A DNA stretch of 64,000 nucleotides from an uncultured Candidatus Binatia bacterium (GTDB lineage: Bacteria; Desulfobacterota; Binatia; UBA9968; JAJDTQ01). Positions 19,589 to 30,821 of the stretch are shown here, piece after piece. The stretch covers positions 2,752,001 through 2,816,000 of the forward strand of contig OZ251459.1 of NCBI GenBank assembly GCA_965242525.1, given 5' to 3'. Positions within the stretch are counted from its first letter, which is position 1. Each line of letters opens with the position of its first letter. The position numbers and the translations under genes were made by a program. The notes beneath the pieces were generated by a model that worked only from the letters and a program-made list of their open reading frames with translations, ran no database searches and was not told the DNA's origin.

Positions 19589-20542
19589 TCACGGGTTGGC
19601 GTCCATGGACTCCGCGTCCATGGGCTTCGCGTCGGCGGTCCCGCCGGCAGCCATGGCGTCTTGCGGCGGGTCCATTTGCGAGCTGCCCAGGTGGCGGAAC
19701 AGCCGCGAACCTTCCGACAGGATGGCGGTGCTCTTCTCCGGCAGGAACTTCTCGTAGGCTTCGAGACTGCGGACGAAGCTGTAGAAGTCGGGGTCCTGTC
19801 CGTAGGATGCGGCGTAGATGGCCGTGGCCTCGCCGTCGCCCTCGCCGCGGAGCTTCTGGCTCGTCCGATAGGCCTCCGCCAGCAGTATGGTCTTTTCCTT
19901 GTTGGTCCGGGCGCGGATCTTCTTCGACTCCTCCTCGCCCTCCGAGCGGTAGCGCTTGGCGATGCGCTCGCGCTCCGCCCGCATGCGCTCGAACACGCTC
20001 GCCTGCACCTCGGAAGGGAGGTCCGCCCGCTTGACGCGGACGTCCACCACCACCACGCCGTACTCGCTCTTGGCCTTCTCGGCCGAACGTTTGGCCACCG
20101 CCTCCATGGCCGCTTCCCGCTGGGCCGCGATGATTTCGGCGAAGTTCCGCGAGGCCAGTTCCTGGCGCAACTCGGAGAACACGATGTCGTCCAGCAGCAA
20201 CCGGCCGCGCTGCTCGGTGAGGGCGGTCTTGAAGAACTGCAAGGGGTCGTCGATGCGCCACCGGGTCACGTGGTCCACCACCACGCGCTTCTTGTCCAGG
20301 GTCAGGTAGTCCCTGGGCTGGGCGTCGCTGGCGAGGATGCGCCGCTCATAGGTGGTGATGTCTTCCACCAGCGGCGTCTTCCAGTGGAGCCCGGGCTCGC
20401 GCACCGCGCGCTTGAACCTGCCGAACTGGGTGACGATGGCCTGTTGCCATTCGCCCACCACGAAGAACGGGCGGACGGGCGGGAACAGCAGGACCACCAC
20501 GACCGCGCCGACCAGGATTCCGACGATGTAGGACCGGTTCAT
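19589..20542 (-). CDS. hflC: FtsH protease modulator HflC
   Basis: SPFH domain, PGLHWKTP, ERMRAERER, DPDFYSFVRSLEAY. Confidence 0.93.
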   Translation of the reverse strand: MNRSYIVGILVGAVVVVLLFPPVRPFFVVGEWQQAIVTQFGRFKRAVREPGLHWKTPLVEDITTYERRILASDAQPRDYLTLDKKRVVVDHVTRWRIDDPLQFFKTALTEQRGRLLLDDIVFSELRQELASRNFAEIIAAQREAAMEAVAKRSAEKAKSEYGVVVVDVRVKRADLPSEVQASVFERMRAERERIAKRYRSEGEEESKKIRARTNKEKTILLAEAYRTSQKLRGEGDGEATAIYAASYGQDPDFYSFVRSLEAYEKFLPEKSTAILSEGSRLFRHLGSSQMDPPQDAMAAGGTADAKPMDAESMDANP

Positions 20543-21576
20543 CAGTTGCCTCCCGTTCCCGGAAACCCCGCCATGCCCTTCAACGGCAGCAGCGGCACCA
20601 CGTTCTGCGCCCCCTGCGAATCGACGATGACCTTGTCCACGTTGGGGAGCACCCGCTCGATGGCTTCCAGGTGCATCCTCTCCCGCGTCACCCGGGGCGC
20701 CTTGCGGTATTCTTCCAGCACCGCGTTGAACCGGGCCCCGTCGCCCTTGGCCCTCAACGTGCGCTCCTGCTTGTAGGCCTCGGCCCCCTGGACGATCTCC
20801 TGGACCTCGCCCCGGGCCTTGGGGATGAGGTCTTCCCGGTAGCCGCGGGCCTGGTTGATGAGCTTCTCCCGGTCCTCACGCGCCCGCACCACCTCGTCGA
20901 AGGCGTCCTTCACCTGGCTCGGGGCCTCCACCGTCTGCAACTTGACCTCGGTGATCTGGATGCCCGACTGGTAGGTGTCCATGAGCTGCTGCAGGAACTC
21001 CTGGGTCTCGTTCTGCACCCGGTCCCGCCCCACCGTGAGCACCTCCTCGATGGTGGTGTTGCCGACCCGGCTGCGCAGCGCCACCTCGGTGGCCGCCTGG
21101 AGCGTGTTCACCGGGTCCCGCAACTGGAACAGGAACTTCTCGGGGTTCCTGACGCGGTATTGCACCGTGAGCTGCGCGCTGACGATGTTCTCGTCCCCTG
21201 TGAGCATCAGGGACTCCGCGGGAATGAGCCGCACCAGGTTCGGCCGCAGCGGGTTGCTGCGGAACCCCACCTCCAACCGGCGGATCTCCGCCACGTTGAC
21301 CTTCCGCAACTCCTCGATGGGCCAGGGGATGCGGTAGTTGAGGCCCGCGGTGGAGATGCGCGCGACCTTGCCGAACCGCGTCACCACCCCTTCCTCGCCG
21401 GGCTGGATGGTATAGACCCCGCTGGCCAGCCAGATGACGACGATGGCCCCGGCGATGAGGAAAGGCACCCCCGACTTCAGGAAACCGGGCAACTCCGGCA
21501 ACCGGGAGAGGATGTCGTCCCAATCCGGTCCGCTCTGCCGCCGTCGCCCCCAAGGCCCCTCGGATCCGCTTTGCAT
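20542..21576 (-). CDS. hflK: FtsH protease modulator HflK
   Basis: GVVTRFGK, MLTGDENIV, VKDAFDEV, EYRKAPRVTRERM; directly upstream of hflC. Confidence 0.93.
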   Translation of the reverse strand: MQSGSEGPWGRRRQSGPDWDDILSRLPELPGFLKSGVPFLIAGAIVVIWLASGVYTIQPGEEGVVTRFGKVARISTAGLNYRIPWPIEELRKVNVAEIRRLEVGFRSNPLRPNLVRLIPAESLMLTGDENIVSAQLTVQYRVRNPEKFLFQLRDPVNTLQAATEVALRSRVGNTTIEEVLTVGRDRVQNETQEFLQQLMDTYQSGIQITEVKLQTVEAPSQVKDAFDEVVRAREDREKLINQARGYREDLIPKARGEVQEIVQGAEAYKQERTLRAKGDGARFNAVLEEYRKAPRVTRERMHLEAIERVLPNVDKVIVDSQGAQNVVPLLPLKGMAGFPGTGGN

Positions 21577-21623
21577 GAAAAGCTCCTTTGTCTGCCGGCC
21601 GCGGCCGGTCGTTTCCTCTCAGG

Positions 21624-21651
21624 ACTCTACCATTGCCCGCCGGGGTGTCAA
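21624..21651 (-). promoter_or_regulatory. Putative sigma70 promoter for hflKC
   Basis: Minus strand TTGACA-N16-TAGAGT with extended -10 TG. Confidence 0.45.
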
Positions 21652-22583
21652 GCAACGCCCCTGGGAGGGGGAGCTTCGTCCCGCGGCGGTATCCTCGCGG
21701 TGAGCCAGTACCACTGGTCGGGATAGCGGCGAACCAGGTCTTCCAGACGCTCCATGAAGCGGTCCGTGTTGACCTGGACATCCCGGCGCAGGTCGCCGGT
21801 GCGGACCATCTCCATCTCTTCCTCGACCACGAGCTCCAGTCCGCCGTCATAGCCCCGGACGAGGTACACAGGAAGCACCGCGGCCCCGGAGCGGATGGCT
21901 AGGCTTGCGGCGCCGCGGGACGACCGCACCGGCCGGCCGAACAGCCGGGTTTCGAGCTCGCCGCGTTTGAGGCTGTCCCCGAGGATCAGCACCACCTCGT
22001 TGCCCCTGAGCACGGCCAGGATCTTCCTCACTGCGTCCCGGGCGGGTATGGACGGGATGAGGCCGGCAAAGAACCGTCGGCTGTGGTCCAGCACCAGTTC
22101 CATGAACCTTTCGTCCTCCAGGAAACGGAACAGGCAGTGCACCGTGTAACCCCGGAGTCCCAGGGCGGCGCCCAGGAGCAGGAAGTTGCCGAAGTGGAAC
22201 CCCAGGGCGACCACGCCCCGGCCCCGGCGGAGGGCCGCGTCCAGATGCTCGAGTCCACGGACGCGAACCATGCCGCGCAGCCGTTCCGGGTGTCCCACAT
22301 GGACGAGGCAATCGACGATGCCGTCCGCGCATTGCCGTTGCGCCCCCTTGGCCAGCCCCCGCTTGGTTGCCGGAGCGCAGGATTCGCCGAACGCGGCGTC
22401 CATGACCGCGGTCATGCGCCTGCGGGAGACGGCAAGGGAGACGAAGGTCCTGACCACCGGCCGGGCCAGGCGTCCGAACCGTTCCGCGGACATCCTTCGC
22501 AGGAGCCGGAGCAGCACGCGGGCGAGGCCCGCGCAGACGCGGAAGAACAGGGCGCGCGGGCGGTGGCGCGTGGGTGGCGGCAT
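21648..22583 (-). CDS. Lipid A lauroyl / lysophospholipid acyltransferase family protein (start uncertain)
   Basis: GLEHL...GRGVVALGFHFGNF, LFGRP, RRYPDQWYW; upstream part of the listed ORF runs through REP repeats. Confidence 0.78.
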   Translation of the reverse strand: MPPPTRHRPRALFFRVCAGLARVLLRLLRRMSAERFGRLARPVVRTFVSLAVSRRRMTAVMDAAFGESCAPATKRGLAKGAQRQCADGIVDCLVHVGHPERLRGMVRVRGLEHLDAALRRGRGVVALGFHFGNFLLLGAALGLRGYTVHCLFRFLEDERFMELVLDHSRRFFAGLIPSIPARDAVRKILAVLRGNEVVLILGDSLKRGELETRLFGRPVRSSRGAASLAIRSGAAVLPVYLVRGYDGGLELVVEEEMEMVRTGDLRRDVQVNTDRFMERLEDLVRRYPDQWYWLTARIPPRDEAPPPRGVA

Positions 22584-22590
22584 GGCAAAA

Positions 22591-22692
22591 CGTTCGTCCC
22601 GCGTAGCGAAGCCTCCCCGTTCCGTTCGTCCCGAGCGAAGCGAAGCCTCCCCGTTCGTCCTGAGCGTAGCGAAGCGAAGTCGAAGGACGCCC
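22591..22692 (+). repeat. Three tandem partial/full REP-like cores (CGTTCGTCC...AGCGAAGC)
   Basis: Units at about 22591, 22623 and 22651; the last is complete. Confidence 0.8.
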
Positions 22693-22881
22693 TTTCCCAA
22701 GGGAGAGCCGGCATCGAGCGGACGTTCCTCAAGTTGACACACGAGAAGGGAGACGGCAACGCCTCCGGCCGCCGCGGGCGCCCCACAGGTCTCGCCGAGG
22801 AGTCGGAGGACCGCGTGCAACCCGCGGCGCGGCCCGTCGCTGCCAGCCGCCGCCGCGAGCCTCGACCCGCGCTGCACCACG

Positions 22882-22911
22882 TTGACAGGCCGCGGCGCCG
22901 TGTGATAGCTT
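22882..22911 (+). promoter_or_regulatory. Putative sigma70 promoter
   Basis: TTGACA-N18-TAGCTT with extended -10 TG, about 55 bp upstream of ATG 22966. Confidence 0.45.
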
Positions 22912-22965
22912 GGCGGTTCCTCTGCCAAGGTGTTCCAATAACTCTAGCGTTTTCGGGAGGTTGAC

Positions 22966-23943
22966 ATGATACACCGGTATGTCTTCGCGGTGCTTGGGGT
23001 CATGTTCCTGGTCTTGGCCGCGGCGTCTGGCGCCTTGGCGGCCAAGGACGACAAGTTTCCCAGCAAGACCATCACGTGGCTCATCAACGCCAGCCCGGGA
23101 GGCGGGTTCGACCTGCACAGCCGTGCGGTGGCCCGGGTCATGAGGAAGGAGCTCGGGGTCAACATCATCATCAAGAACGTGCCGGGCGCGGGAGGCGTGA
23201 TCTCCTGGAACCTGCTGAGCGCGGCCAAGCCGGACGGCTACACCATCGGCATCGTCAACCTGCCCGGGGCCATCATCAGCGAGCTGTTCCGCGAGACGCA
23301 ATACAAACTCAAGGAGTTCAGTTGGATCGGCCGCATCTCCGCGGCGCCGTACATCTGGGCCGCGGGAAAACAGTACGGGCTCCGCACCCTGGACGACTTC
23401 CGGAAGGCCAAGGAAGTGCTCATCACCGAGTCGGGGGTGGGCACCACCGGCTGGGTCAACGCGGCGCTCACGGCCGCCACCCTGAAGTTCAACCCCAAGT
23501 TCATCATGGGCTACGGCGGCGCGCCCGCGGCCAACATGGCCATCGTGCGCGGCGAGGGGCACGCCCGGGCCTTGGGGCTGGACTCCCCGGGCCAGATGGC
23601 CTTCATCAAGGACGGTTCCATGGTCCCCACGTGGGTCTATCTCAAGAAGCGCGACCTCCGGCATCCGGACGTGCCCACCGTGGGCGAGCTGGGCTATCCG
23701 CAACTGAGCGTGCTGGCGGCCAACCGCGTGGTGGCCGCTCCCCCGGGAATGCCCAAGGACCGCATGGCGACCCTCATCGCGGCGTTCCGCGCGTCCATCG
23801 AGAGCCCCGAGACCCAGGAGGCCTTCAAGGGCATGAGAGCCAAGACCGCGCCTATCTACGGGGACGACTGGCTGCCCGAGATGCAGACCATGTTCGACTT
23901 GATCGAGGCCAACGCAGACGTGTTCCGGAAGGCCTTGAAGTAG
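22966..23943 (+). CDS. Tripartite tricarboxylate transporter substrate-binding protein (Bug/TctC family)
   Basis: Signal peptide; FPSKTIT, SPGGGFD, NVPGAGG, AKPDGYTI, PDVPTVGELG. Confidence 0.9.
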   Translation: MIHRYVFAVLGVMFLVLAAASGALAAKDDKFPSKTITWLINASPGGGFDLHSRAVARVMRKELGVNIIIKNVPGAGGVISWNLLSAAKPDGYTIGIVNLPGAIISELFRETQYKLKEFSWIGRISAAPYIWAAGKQYGLRTLDDFRKAKEVLITESGVGTTGWVNAALTAATLKFNPKFIMGYGGAPAANMAIVRGEGHARALGLDSPGQMAFIKDGSMVPTWVYLKKRDLRHPDVPTVGELGYPQLSVLAANRVVAAPPGMPKDRMATLIAAFRASIESPETQEAFKGMRAKTAPIYGDDWLPEMQTMFDLIEANADVFRKALK

Positions 23944-24092
23944 GCTGTCCTCGGGGTTCCTCCCCGTCCATGGCGGAAAGGGGCAAGTCCGATGGGGGCC
24001 TGCCCCTTTTCGCTGCCGGCGGCAATGCTGCTAACATACCGCCGTTCGACCACAGGGTGTCGTTCGACCACGAGGTTCCGAAGGAGGAGTTC

Positions 24093-24527
24093 ATGAAGAT
24101 CGAGGGGAGTCATCAGTTCAACGCGCCGCGCGAACGCATCTGGGAGATCCTGCAAGATCCCCAGGTCATGGCCCAGTGCATGCCCGGGTGCGAGAGCATG
24201 GAGGAGATCGGCCCGGACCAGTACGAGGCCACGGTCAAGGTGGGCATCGCGGCCGTCAAGGGCAGTTACAAGGCCAAGGTGGCCATCAAGGACAAGCAGG
24301 CTCCCAGCCACTACGTGCTGAGCGGCCAGGGCTCCGGCGGCCCGGGCTTCATGCAGGGCGACCTGGTCATCGACCTGGAGGAGAACGGCGACTCCGGCAC
24401 CACTCTGCGCTACAGCACGGACGCCAAGATCGGCGGGTTGATCGCCGGCGTGGGCCAGCGAATGCTGGGCGGTGTGGGCAAGATGATGGTGGACCAGTTC
24501 TTCAAGAAGATGGAAGGGTTCGTCTAG
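24093..24527 (+). CDS. CoxG-like SRPBCC family protein
   Basis: AGGAGG RBS then MKIEGSHQF; CMPGCES, GGLIAGVGQRML. Confidence 0.85.
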   Translation: MKIEGSHQFNAPRERIWEILQDPQVMAQCMPGCESMEEIGPDQYEATVKVGIAAVKGSYKAKVAIKDKQAPSHYVLSGQGSGGPGFMQGDLVIDLEENGDSGTTLRYSTDAKIGGLIAGVGQRMLGGVGKMMVDQFFKKMEGFV

Positions 24528-24747
24528 CGGCCGCGTCATGGGCGTCCTTTCACCGGATGTTCGTAATCCCCGCCGAACCCATTGCGGCGCTCATGGAGAG
24601 GGAAGATGGGCAGGCGTATCGGTCTGACACGGTCATCGAATCTGGACCGGCTGCTTGACTGCCGACCCGTCCGGGGGAATAATCATGAAACGCGAGCGGG
24701 CGCCGCGCCGTCGAGGCGGGGCGCGCTCGTCCAGGGAGGATCCGCCT

Positions 24748-25464
24748 ATGCCCGTCTGGGACGACATCCTGACCGACCGTGACAAGGAAGTGTTCGCCCT
24801 TTCCGGTTACGGCCAGCACGCGGGGTTCGGCCAGCGTCCGGCCGTGCTCGTCATCGACGTGAACTACAACTTCGTCGGCGACCGGCGGGAGCCGATCCTC
24901 GAATCCGTCAAACGCTTCCGCAACAGTTGCGGCGAGGAGGGATGGGTCGGGGTCGATCACACGGTGGAGCTCCTGGCGGAGGCCCGGAAGAAGCGGCTGC
25001 CGATCTTCTATACCACCGGCCACGGCGAGGAAGAGTCCGTCGCCTTCGGCCGCTGGCACGGCAAGAACCGGCGGGGCGCCGAGGACTTTTCCGAGCTGGC
25101 CCGGAAGGGCAACGAGATCGTCGCGGAGATCGCCCCCCGGCAGGGCGACGTGGTGGTGCGCAAGCAGAAGCCCAGCGCCTTCTTCGGCACCGCGCTCATG
25201 AGCATGTTGAACGAGTTGCACGCGGACAGCGTGCTGGTGACCGGGACCACCACCAGCGGCTGTGTCCGGGCCACGGTCATCGACGCGTTCTCCTACAACT
25301 TCGGCGTCAGCGTGGTGGAGGAATGCACCTTCGACCGGGGCCAAGCCTCCCACAAGATCAACCTCTTCGACATGAACATGAAGTACGCGGACGTGGTGTC
25401 GCTGGAGGAGACCGTGGATTACATCCGGGGCCTGCCCGACAACCTCTTCGCTCCGCCGCTCTGA
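24748..25464 (+). CDS. Isochorismatase / cysteine hydrolase family protein
   Basis: PAVLVID, KQKPSAFFGT, GTTTSGCVRATVIDA. Confidence 0.9.
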   Translation: MPVWDDILTDRDKEVFALSGYGQHAGFGQRPAVLVIDVNYNFVGDRREPILESVKRFRNSCGEEGWVGVDHTVELLAEARKKRLPIFYTTGHGEEESVAFGRWHGKNRRGAEDFSELARKGNEIVAEIAPRQGDVVVRKQKPSAFFGTALMSMLNELHADSVLVTGTTTSGCVRATVIDAFSYNFGVSVVEECTFDRGQASHKINLFDMNMKYADVVSLEETVDYIRGLPDNLFAPPL

Positions 25465-25478
25465 GCGCCGCGCGCAGC

Positions 25479-26390
25479 ATGAGCGGGGTCGCACGCCAGA
25501 TCGAGGGGTTCGGGGACTACCTGCGCGACGGAGCGCGGTTCTCCCCCCACTCGGTCAAGGGCTACCTGACCGACCTGGAGGGGTTCCGCCAGCACCTGGA
25601 GCGGGACGGCCCCGAAGAGGACGGGGCCGCGGCCTTGCGAGCGGTGGACGCGCGTTGCATCCGGGGCTACCTGAAGACCCTCTACGAAAGCCGCAAGAAG
25701 AGCACCATCGGGCGCAAGCTGGCCGCCCTCAAGGGCTTCTTTCGCTACCTCCTGCGCGAGGGGGTCATCCACAGGGACCCGCTGGTGGGTTTCGCCACTC
25801 CCAAGCAGGAGGCCCCGCTGGTGAAGTTCCTGTCCGTGGACGAGGCTTTCCGGGTCCTGGGCTGCATGCCGGAAGAGGGGGTCCTCCCGGCCCGGGACCG
25901 CGCGGTCATGGAGGTGCTGTACTCGTCCGGCGTCCGGGTCAGCGAGCTCGTGGGCCTCGACTGGCGCGACGTGGACTTCCCGCTGGGCGTGGTCAAGGTC
26001 CTGGGCAAGGGGTCCAGGGAGCGCATCGTGCCCGTCGGCGAAGCGGCCCTGGCGGCCCTGCGGGACTACGCGGACCACCAGCGCACCCGGTGGCGCCGCA
26101 CGGCCCGGGGGGAAGAGCCGGTGTTCCTGAACCGTTCGGGCAACCGGATCACCACCCGGAGCGTGGCCCGCATCGTGGAGAAGTACCTGACCCTGGCCGG
26201 CGTCCCCGTGCGCATGGGACCCCACGGCCTGCGCCACACCTTCGCCACCCACCTGCTCAACGCCGGCGCAGACCTGCGCTCCATCCAGGAACTCTTGGGC
26301 CACGCGAGCCTCTCCACCACCCAGCGCTACACCCACGTCAACCTCGACCAGCTCACCGCGGTGTACGACCGCGCCCACCCCAGGGCGTGA
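25479..26390 (+). CDS. xerC: Tyrosine recombinase XerC
   Basis: RDRAVMEVLYSSGVRVSEL, GKGSRERIVP, PHGLRHTFATHLL, QELLGHASLSTTQRYTH; upstream of hslVU. Confidence 0.9.
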   Translation: MSGVARQIEGFGDYLRDGARFSPHSVKGYLTDLEGFRQHLERDGPEEDGAAALRAVDARCIRGYLKTLYESRKKSTIGRKLAALKGFFRYLLREGVIHRDPLVGFATPKQEAPLVKFLSVDEAFRVLGCMPEEGVLPARDRAVMEVLYSSGVRVSELVGLDWRDVDFPLGVVKVLGKGSRERIVPVGEAALAALRDYADHQRTRWRRTARGEEPVFLNRSGNRITTRSVARIVEKYLTLAGVPVRMGPHGLRHTFATHLLNAGADLRSIQELLGHASLSTTQRYTHVNLDQLTAVYDRAHPRA

Positions 26391-26595
26391 GGCCGTGAGA
26401 AGCCGCCGCAAGGCCGCGTAGTCTTCTTTCCCCGCCATCTTCGGCCTTTCACGCCGGCGCTTGGCTTTCCTTGCCGGGAAATATGGGCTATCCGTAGATT
26501 GATCTGTGCCGCCTGCCCTACGTAACCAAGCAGGTGCATGGAGTCGGGCGGGTTCCGCGAAATCGCGTGGGGTACACAGTCCTGACAGGCAACTC

Positions 26596-27480
26596 ATGGC
26601 AAGAGCAAAAGCGAAACTAGGCCCGGTGGTAGCGACACTCAACCTCAAGGGCGGAGTCGGCAAGACTACGGTGAGCGCTCACGTCTTTCGAGTCTTCTGG
26701 GAGAAATTCAGAATCGCTACCCTGCTCGTGGACTTTGATCCACAGTTCAATCTCACCCAGACTCTCTTCGACCAGCGACGCTATGAGCGAGAACTCAAAG
26801 CGAAGCGCACCGTCATGGCGGTAATGGAGGCGCCTCGGTCCACAAGCCTGTTCCAAGTCAACACTGCAAGCGCTCCGCCTCCGGACCCTATCGACGTCAG
26901 TACACGGTTCTGGTACATGACGAACAACCATGACATCGACCTCCGTGTGGTCCCGGGCGATTTCGAACTCGTGAAGTACAGCTTGATGGACGACAACAAG
27001 CAACTGACCAAGGTGCAGAACAGGTTTCTGAAATTCATCAAGAAATGTCGCCAGGGCGGGCGACTCACGGTCATCGACTGCAACCCGAGCAGTTCGTTCC
27101 TGACCATGTGTGCCCTTCAGGCGTGTACTCATTTGCTCGTGCCGGTAAGACCGGACCGTTATTCCATTCTTGGCCTGAATATACTGGAACAGTTCATCGC
27201 AAGGATTCTTTCCGTCGGATCCGTCCCGAAGAAAATGATACTGCTGAACGGCGTGCCTCGGCAGCGTTACGATCGCACCATAGAGAACGAGCTGCGCTCG
27301 CATCCCGAGTTGGGAGCGGCGACGCTCAAGTCTCGGCTTCATCAATCGAACCTATTGCTGGCCAAGCCTGGATTTACGGGTTTTGCCACCGACAAGCAAG
27401 TGCCTTACAAGTATCGCTTGAAGAACGAAATTTCGGCAGTCGCTACGGAATTGGCTGAATTGATGGGCGTTGCGTCATGA
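26596..27480 (+). CDS. ParA/MinD-family ATPase (not a typical chromosomal ParA)
   Basis: Deviant Walker A NLKGGVGKTT, DFDPQFNLT, IDCNPS. Confidence 0.85.
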   Translation: MARAKAKLGPVVATLNLKGGVGKTTVSAHVFRVFWEKFRIATLLVDFDPQFNLTQTLFDQRRYERELKAKRTVMAVMEAPRSTSLFQVNTASAPPPDPIDVSTRFWYMTNNHDIDLRVVPGDFELVKYSLMDDNKQLTKVQNRFLKFIKKCRQGGRLTVIDCNPSSSFLTMCALQACTHLLVPVRPDRYSILGLNILEQFIARILSVGSVPKKMILLNGVPRQRYDRTIENELRSHPELGAATLKSRLHQSNLLLAKPGFTGFATDKQVPYKYRLKNEISAVATELAELMGVAS

Positions 27481-27995
27481 AAAACAATACAAAGCGTTGG
27501 CTCTACCTCCTTGCCGGATCGGGCCTTTCCGCAAACGAGATCCGTGACCTTTGCAGTTGGCTTGCGACGGACGCAGCCGATGACATCGTAGTTTCGGTTC
27601 TCGAATTGCGTAAACGAGAGTTGCATATGGTAGCTCTAGGAGAACACGTTCCCGGCATGTCCGGTGAAGGCGCACGGCGAGCAGGCACGGGCAAGAGCGG
27701 CAACGACGTTGCGGACGAAATCGATCTGATCCTGAGAAAGGAAGCCAAGCTGTCGGCGCGAGCCGCCGCGGAACATCTTGCACACGAGCTGGAGAAGGAG
27801 CTTCGCACGTCATCCCCCGCGACCTCGGACATCCCGAATATACCTCTTTACTCGAAGGAAGCGTTCAAAACCTATCTGTCCAAGCTGCTTCGACTTACGT
27901 CGCCTCGGATGTTGCTGCATCTGGCCCACCGTATCCGCGATCATGTGGCTCCAAGACCAGCGATGGCATGGCCCCTGCATGTCAGGGACAAGTGA
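27477..27995 (+). CDS. Hypothetical protein (172 aa)
   Basis: ATGA overlap with the ParA stop and TGATG overlap with the next gene. Confidence 0.7.
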   Translation: MKNNTKRWLYLLAGSGLSANEIRDLCSWLATDAADDIVVSVLELRKRELHMVALGEHVPGMSGEGARRAGTGKSGNDVADEIDLILRKEAKLSARAAAEHLAHELEKELRTSSPATSDIPNIPLYSKEAFKTYLSKLLRLTSPRMLLHLAHRIRDHVAPRPAMAWPLHVRDK

Positions 27996-28708
27996 TGCCT
28001 GACGACTTCCAGCACCAAGTCGACGACCTTGCGGCGTCGGTAGCGGCCCACGTCAAGGCAAACCGCGATGAGTTCTGCCGGCGCGTTTCCGAGGAGGCGA
28101 ATTGTCTGCTCGCCTGGTTGGAGTACCTGCGGACGTCGGAGGCAACCGGCGTAGCCGATGCGCTGTTGCATGGAGTTCAAGGCGCCATCATCGAAGCGGC
28201 CGGTTGTCTCACGCTTGGTCTCGTCAGGCCGGCGCTGTCGTCTCTCAGGTTGCAAGTGGACATGACGCTAAGTTGGATCTACTTCAAGGACCACGAGGTG
28301 GAGTGGGACCATCTTCGGGATACCGGGAAAGGATTTCAATCGAAGAGCGGCGTGTGGAAGTACGTTTCAGAGCATCATCCGCGGTTCGAAACGAGATTCG
28401 GACTGCTGGAGCAGGTCAAGTCGCGCAGGGAAGCGGACCCTTACCGGCTTCTGTCGGCCCACATACACGGACAGACCGACTTTACCGCGCCGACGATTGG
28501 CCCGTTGAGCGGGCTCGTCGCGGAAAGACGCCTCTGTGACGAGTGTGTGGAACTCCAAGGGGAAGTCTCGGAATATCTGAGTGATTTCCTGCTGTCGGCA
28601 TACGGCGACAAATGGGCGTCTCTTCCTCCGTGTGCGCGGGACGAGCTTGAAAGCAGGCTTGGACTCGACCAAAGGGCTGCGTTCTTCGCGTCCTCGCATG
28701 GCAGGTAG
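27995..28708 (+). CDS. Hypothetical helical protein, possible HEPN-superfamily domain
   Basis: [21 protein letters not shown] and [10 protein letters not shown] (R-x6-H) patterns; coupled start at ATG 27995. Confidence 0.6.
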   Translation: MPDDFQHQVDDLAASVAAHVKANRDEFCRRVSEEANCLLAWLEYLRTSEATGVADALLHGVQGAIIEAAGCLTLGLVRPALSSLRLQVDMTLSWIYFKDHEVEWDHLRDTGKGFQSKSGVWKYVSEHHPRFETRFGLLEQVKSRREADPYRLLSAHIHGQTDFTAPTIGPLSGLVAERRLCDECVELQGEVSEYLSDFLLSAYGDKWASLPPCARDELESRLGLDQRAAFFASSHGR

Positions 28709-28720
28709 TCAACCCGGGGC

Positions 28721-28749
28721 CTGCCAAGTCCGCGGTTTCGTGTTACAGT
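28721..28749 (+). promoter_or_regulatory. Putative promoter for hslVU
   Basis: CTGCCA-N17-TACAGT with extended -10 TG. Confidence 0.35.
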
Positions 28750-28830
28750 GGCGGATCGTCCCGGTTGGCCGCGGACGGTCCCCTGACGGGGAGCGGCAGT
28801 GGCGGGGGCCTTGGGAAGCGGGTTCGGACC

Positions 28831-29361
28831 ATGTTTCATGCAACCACCATCCTTGCGGTGCGGCACGGGGGCCGGGTCGTGGTCGCGGGGGACGGCCAGG
28901 TGAGCCTCGGCGACACCGCGCTGAAGCACACGGCCCACAAGGTGCGGAAGCTCTACGGCGACCGTGTGATCGCCGGGTTCGCAGGCGCCACCGCGGACGC
29001 GTTCACGCTGTTCGAGAAGTTCGAGGGCAAGCTCGAACAGCACGGCGGGGTCTTCAAGCGGGCCGCGGTGGAGTTGGCCAAGGATTGGCGCACGGACCGG
29101 GTGCTGCGGCGGTTGGAGGCCCTCATGATCGTGGCCGACGCGGAGAACTCGCTGGTGGTGTCGGGCAACGGCGACGTGGTGGAGCCGGACGACGGCGTCA
29201 TCGCCATCGGCTCGGGCGGCAACTATGCGCTTGCGGCGGCGCGGGCTTTGGTCCATCATAGCCCGCTCGACGCCCGGGCCATCGCCGAAGAGTCCATGAA
29301 GGTGGCCGCGGCCATCTGCGTCTATACGAACGACAACCTGACCATCGAGGAGTTGCCCTGA
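28831..29361 (+). CDS. hslV: ATP-dependent protease subunit HslV
   Basis: [47 protein letters not shown]. Confidence 0.97.
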   Translation: MFHATTILAVRHGGRVVVAGDGQVSLGDTALKHTAHKVRKLYGDRVIAGFAGATADAFTLFEKFEGKLEQHGGVFKRAAVELAKDWRTDRVLRRLEALMIVADAENSLVVSGNGDVVEPDDGVIAIGSGGNYALAAARALVHHSPLDARAIAEESMKVAAAICVYTNDNLTIEELP

Positions 29362-29403
29362 CCCCGGCGTCCGCGCGCGCCGCGGCGTCTCGAACCGGAG
29401 CCG

Positions 29404-30804
<1,401 letters not shown>

Positions 30805-30821
30805 GAACCCCCGCAGGAACC

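Noticed and set aside
25479-26390. Tyrosine recombinase as the integrase of the ParA cassette
   Set aside because: Size, motifs, host-like codon usage and position upstream of hslVU match housekeeping XerC; no att repeats seen
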